Source: Marsupella aquatica
Lineage: Eukaryota > Plantae > Marchantiophyta
DNA: 64,000 nucleotides
Assembly (NCBI GenBank): GCA_973895155.1
Contig: OZ316894.1
Coordinates: 12,130,828 to 12,194,827 of the forward strand
Reading direction: 5' to 3'
Each line of letters starts with the position of its first letter. The stretch's first letter is position 1. Positions 62,697 through 64,000 of the stretch are shown piece by piece. The notes under the pieces are model-generated. The model made no database searches. It had not been told where the DNA came from and saw nothing but the letters and a program-made list of their open reading frames with translations. A program made the translations under genes and the position numbers.

Positions 62697-64000
62697 ACTT
62701 TACATAACTCACCAATGGGGCCCTAAACGTGGTTTTGTGGGTACTAATCACCCTCGAGTTCACGGAAAAGTCTATGAACTTTAAAAGGTGAAAGTCGAAG
62801 CAAAGGGCCGACAGCGGCAAAAGGACAAGAATCTACCAAATATACAGAGAAGCAAGAACCAAGAAGCTAGGGAACGAACAAACTGAACCTCTCTCGAGGT
62901 GGGGTCCACATTTGTATCGAATCCAGATAGCTACAGTCATTTGTAAAAGCTGGGACCACGTTTGCCACAAAACCCCCTGCCTATGATTGTTGCCGCAGCA
63001 TCATGAGAAGATCGAGCTCCCTCCCATTGCTGGACATATCGACAATGCCAACCCAAACTTGAGTGCAGATGTTTTTCTTGTGACAATTTCGATAGAGGTC
63101 TTAAGGACTTTGCGCCGATTATTCCAACCGTGTCTGAGAGACATCCATAGAAGAGGTTCTTCTTTGAAGCTCCACTCGCACAACAACGCTACAGTTTCAT
63201 CGCTGCCATGCGTGTTCTCAACGATGTCACAGCATCCCCATCTCCATCTCAAATCCTCAAACTGGAAATTATCAAATGGAAGCAGAAAAACGTCTCTTAC
63301 GACATAGATAGTGAACATCTGACGGCAGCTCTGAAGTGGAAACCTAGAGTGACGACAAGTCGAGGCCCGGCGATTTCTCCAATGGAGCTGTCCTAAAACA
63401 TGAAGGGAACTGGAAAATCCACGTGTGCTCTATGTGCAGAATCGAAATGAAGTGTAGTGACCACGCTTAGAACAGATATTCAGTTCCACCAGCACAAGTA
63501 TGTTGTCTGTATCTGCATCCCGTCTACACAGGGACTCGCAGACCACAAATTCGTTTACAAAATGGGACGATCTTGACAAAAAGCGATTGCAGTGCAATCG
63601 AAAGGGCTTAGATCTAAAGACAAACCAGTCAAAAGATTGTTCGATATGTATCAACCACTAATATACAGACGGCTCAACCTCAATATCCTTGGGCAGGAAT
63701 CTTTGTATTTTGTTGTGTCGAGCTGAGTAGGGAATGTTCCTTTGACGAACTAGGACGCGATTACTACCCCAAAATTCAAACTCCTGCAAGAAATGCCAAA
63801 CTAAAGTACAGAGTCCACCTGCAGACATCAAGGTCGGTTGACAAAAGGTCCTCCTCTACCTTGCAACTATGGTATTACTCAGGTTGTGCTTACACTGGCC
63901 TCCTTAATTTTTTCCAGAAATTCAACAACGTGCTGGACGACCATAAATTCGTCGCAAGAACGAAGCAGAGTTCCACGAGCCTCAAGGAACCACACGGCAC

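Noticed and set aside
63001-64000. Short minus-strand ORFs as a gene at the window edge
   Set aside because: Fragmented by stops with no recognisable motif; may be a decayed pseudogene but cannot be supported.

Overview
Eukaryotic land-plant genomic DNA with spliceosomal GT-AG introns; the gene and transposon content suggests a bryophyte, possibly a liverwort (inference). Genes, left to right: a minus-strand tandem array of four secreted GDSL/SGNH esterase-lipases (three intact, one 3'-deleted), phosphatidylinositol synthase (+), a convergent multi-BRCT/PHD protein (At4g02110-like, -), two paralogous classical SDR reductases (+) and a VTT/TMEM64 (SNARE-associated) membrane protein (-). The intergenic DNA is layered with mobile elements: a full-length, recent but disabled Ty1/copia carrying a nested 1.74-kb solo-LTR-like insert; a related solo LTR interrupted by a hAT-type MITE with poly-G ends; a MITE with a 10-bp TSD; and older inverted-repeat elements. 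The most interesting signal is a CRE-clade non-LTR retrotransposon (RT plus restriction-like endonuclease), a second short CRE-like 3' fragment, and two copies of a non-coding element flanked by 20-25 bp TSDs. All four end in a TATAT tail on the minus strand, which suggests an autonomous/non-autonomous retroposon pair. All alignments and coordinates were read by eye, not computed.
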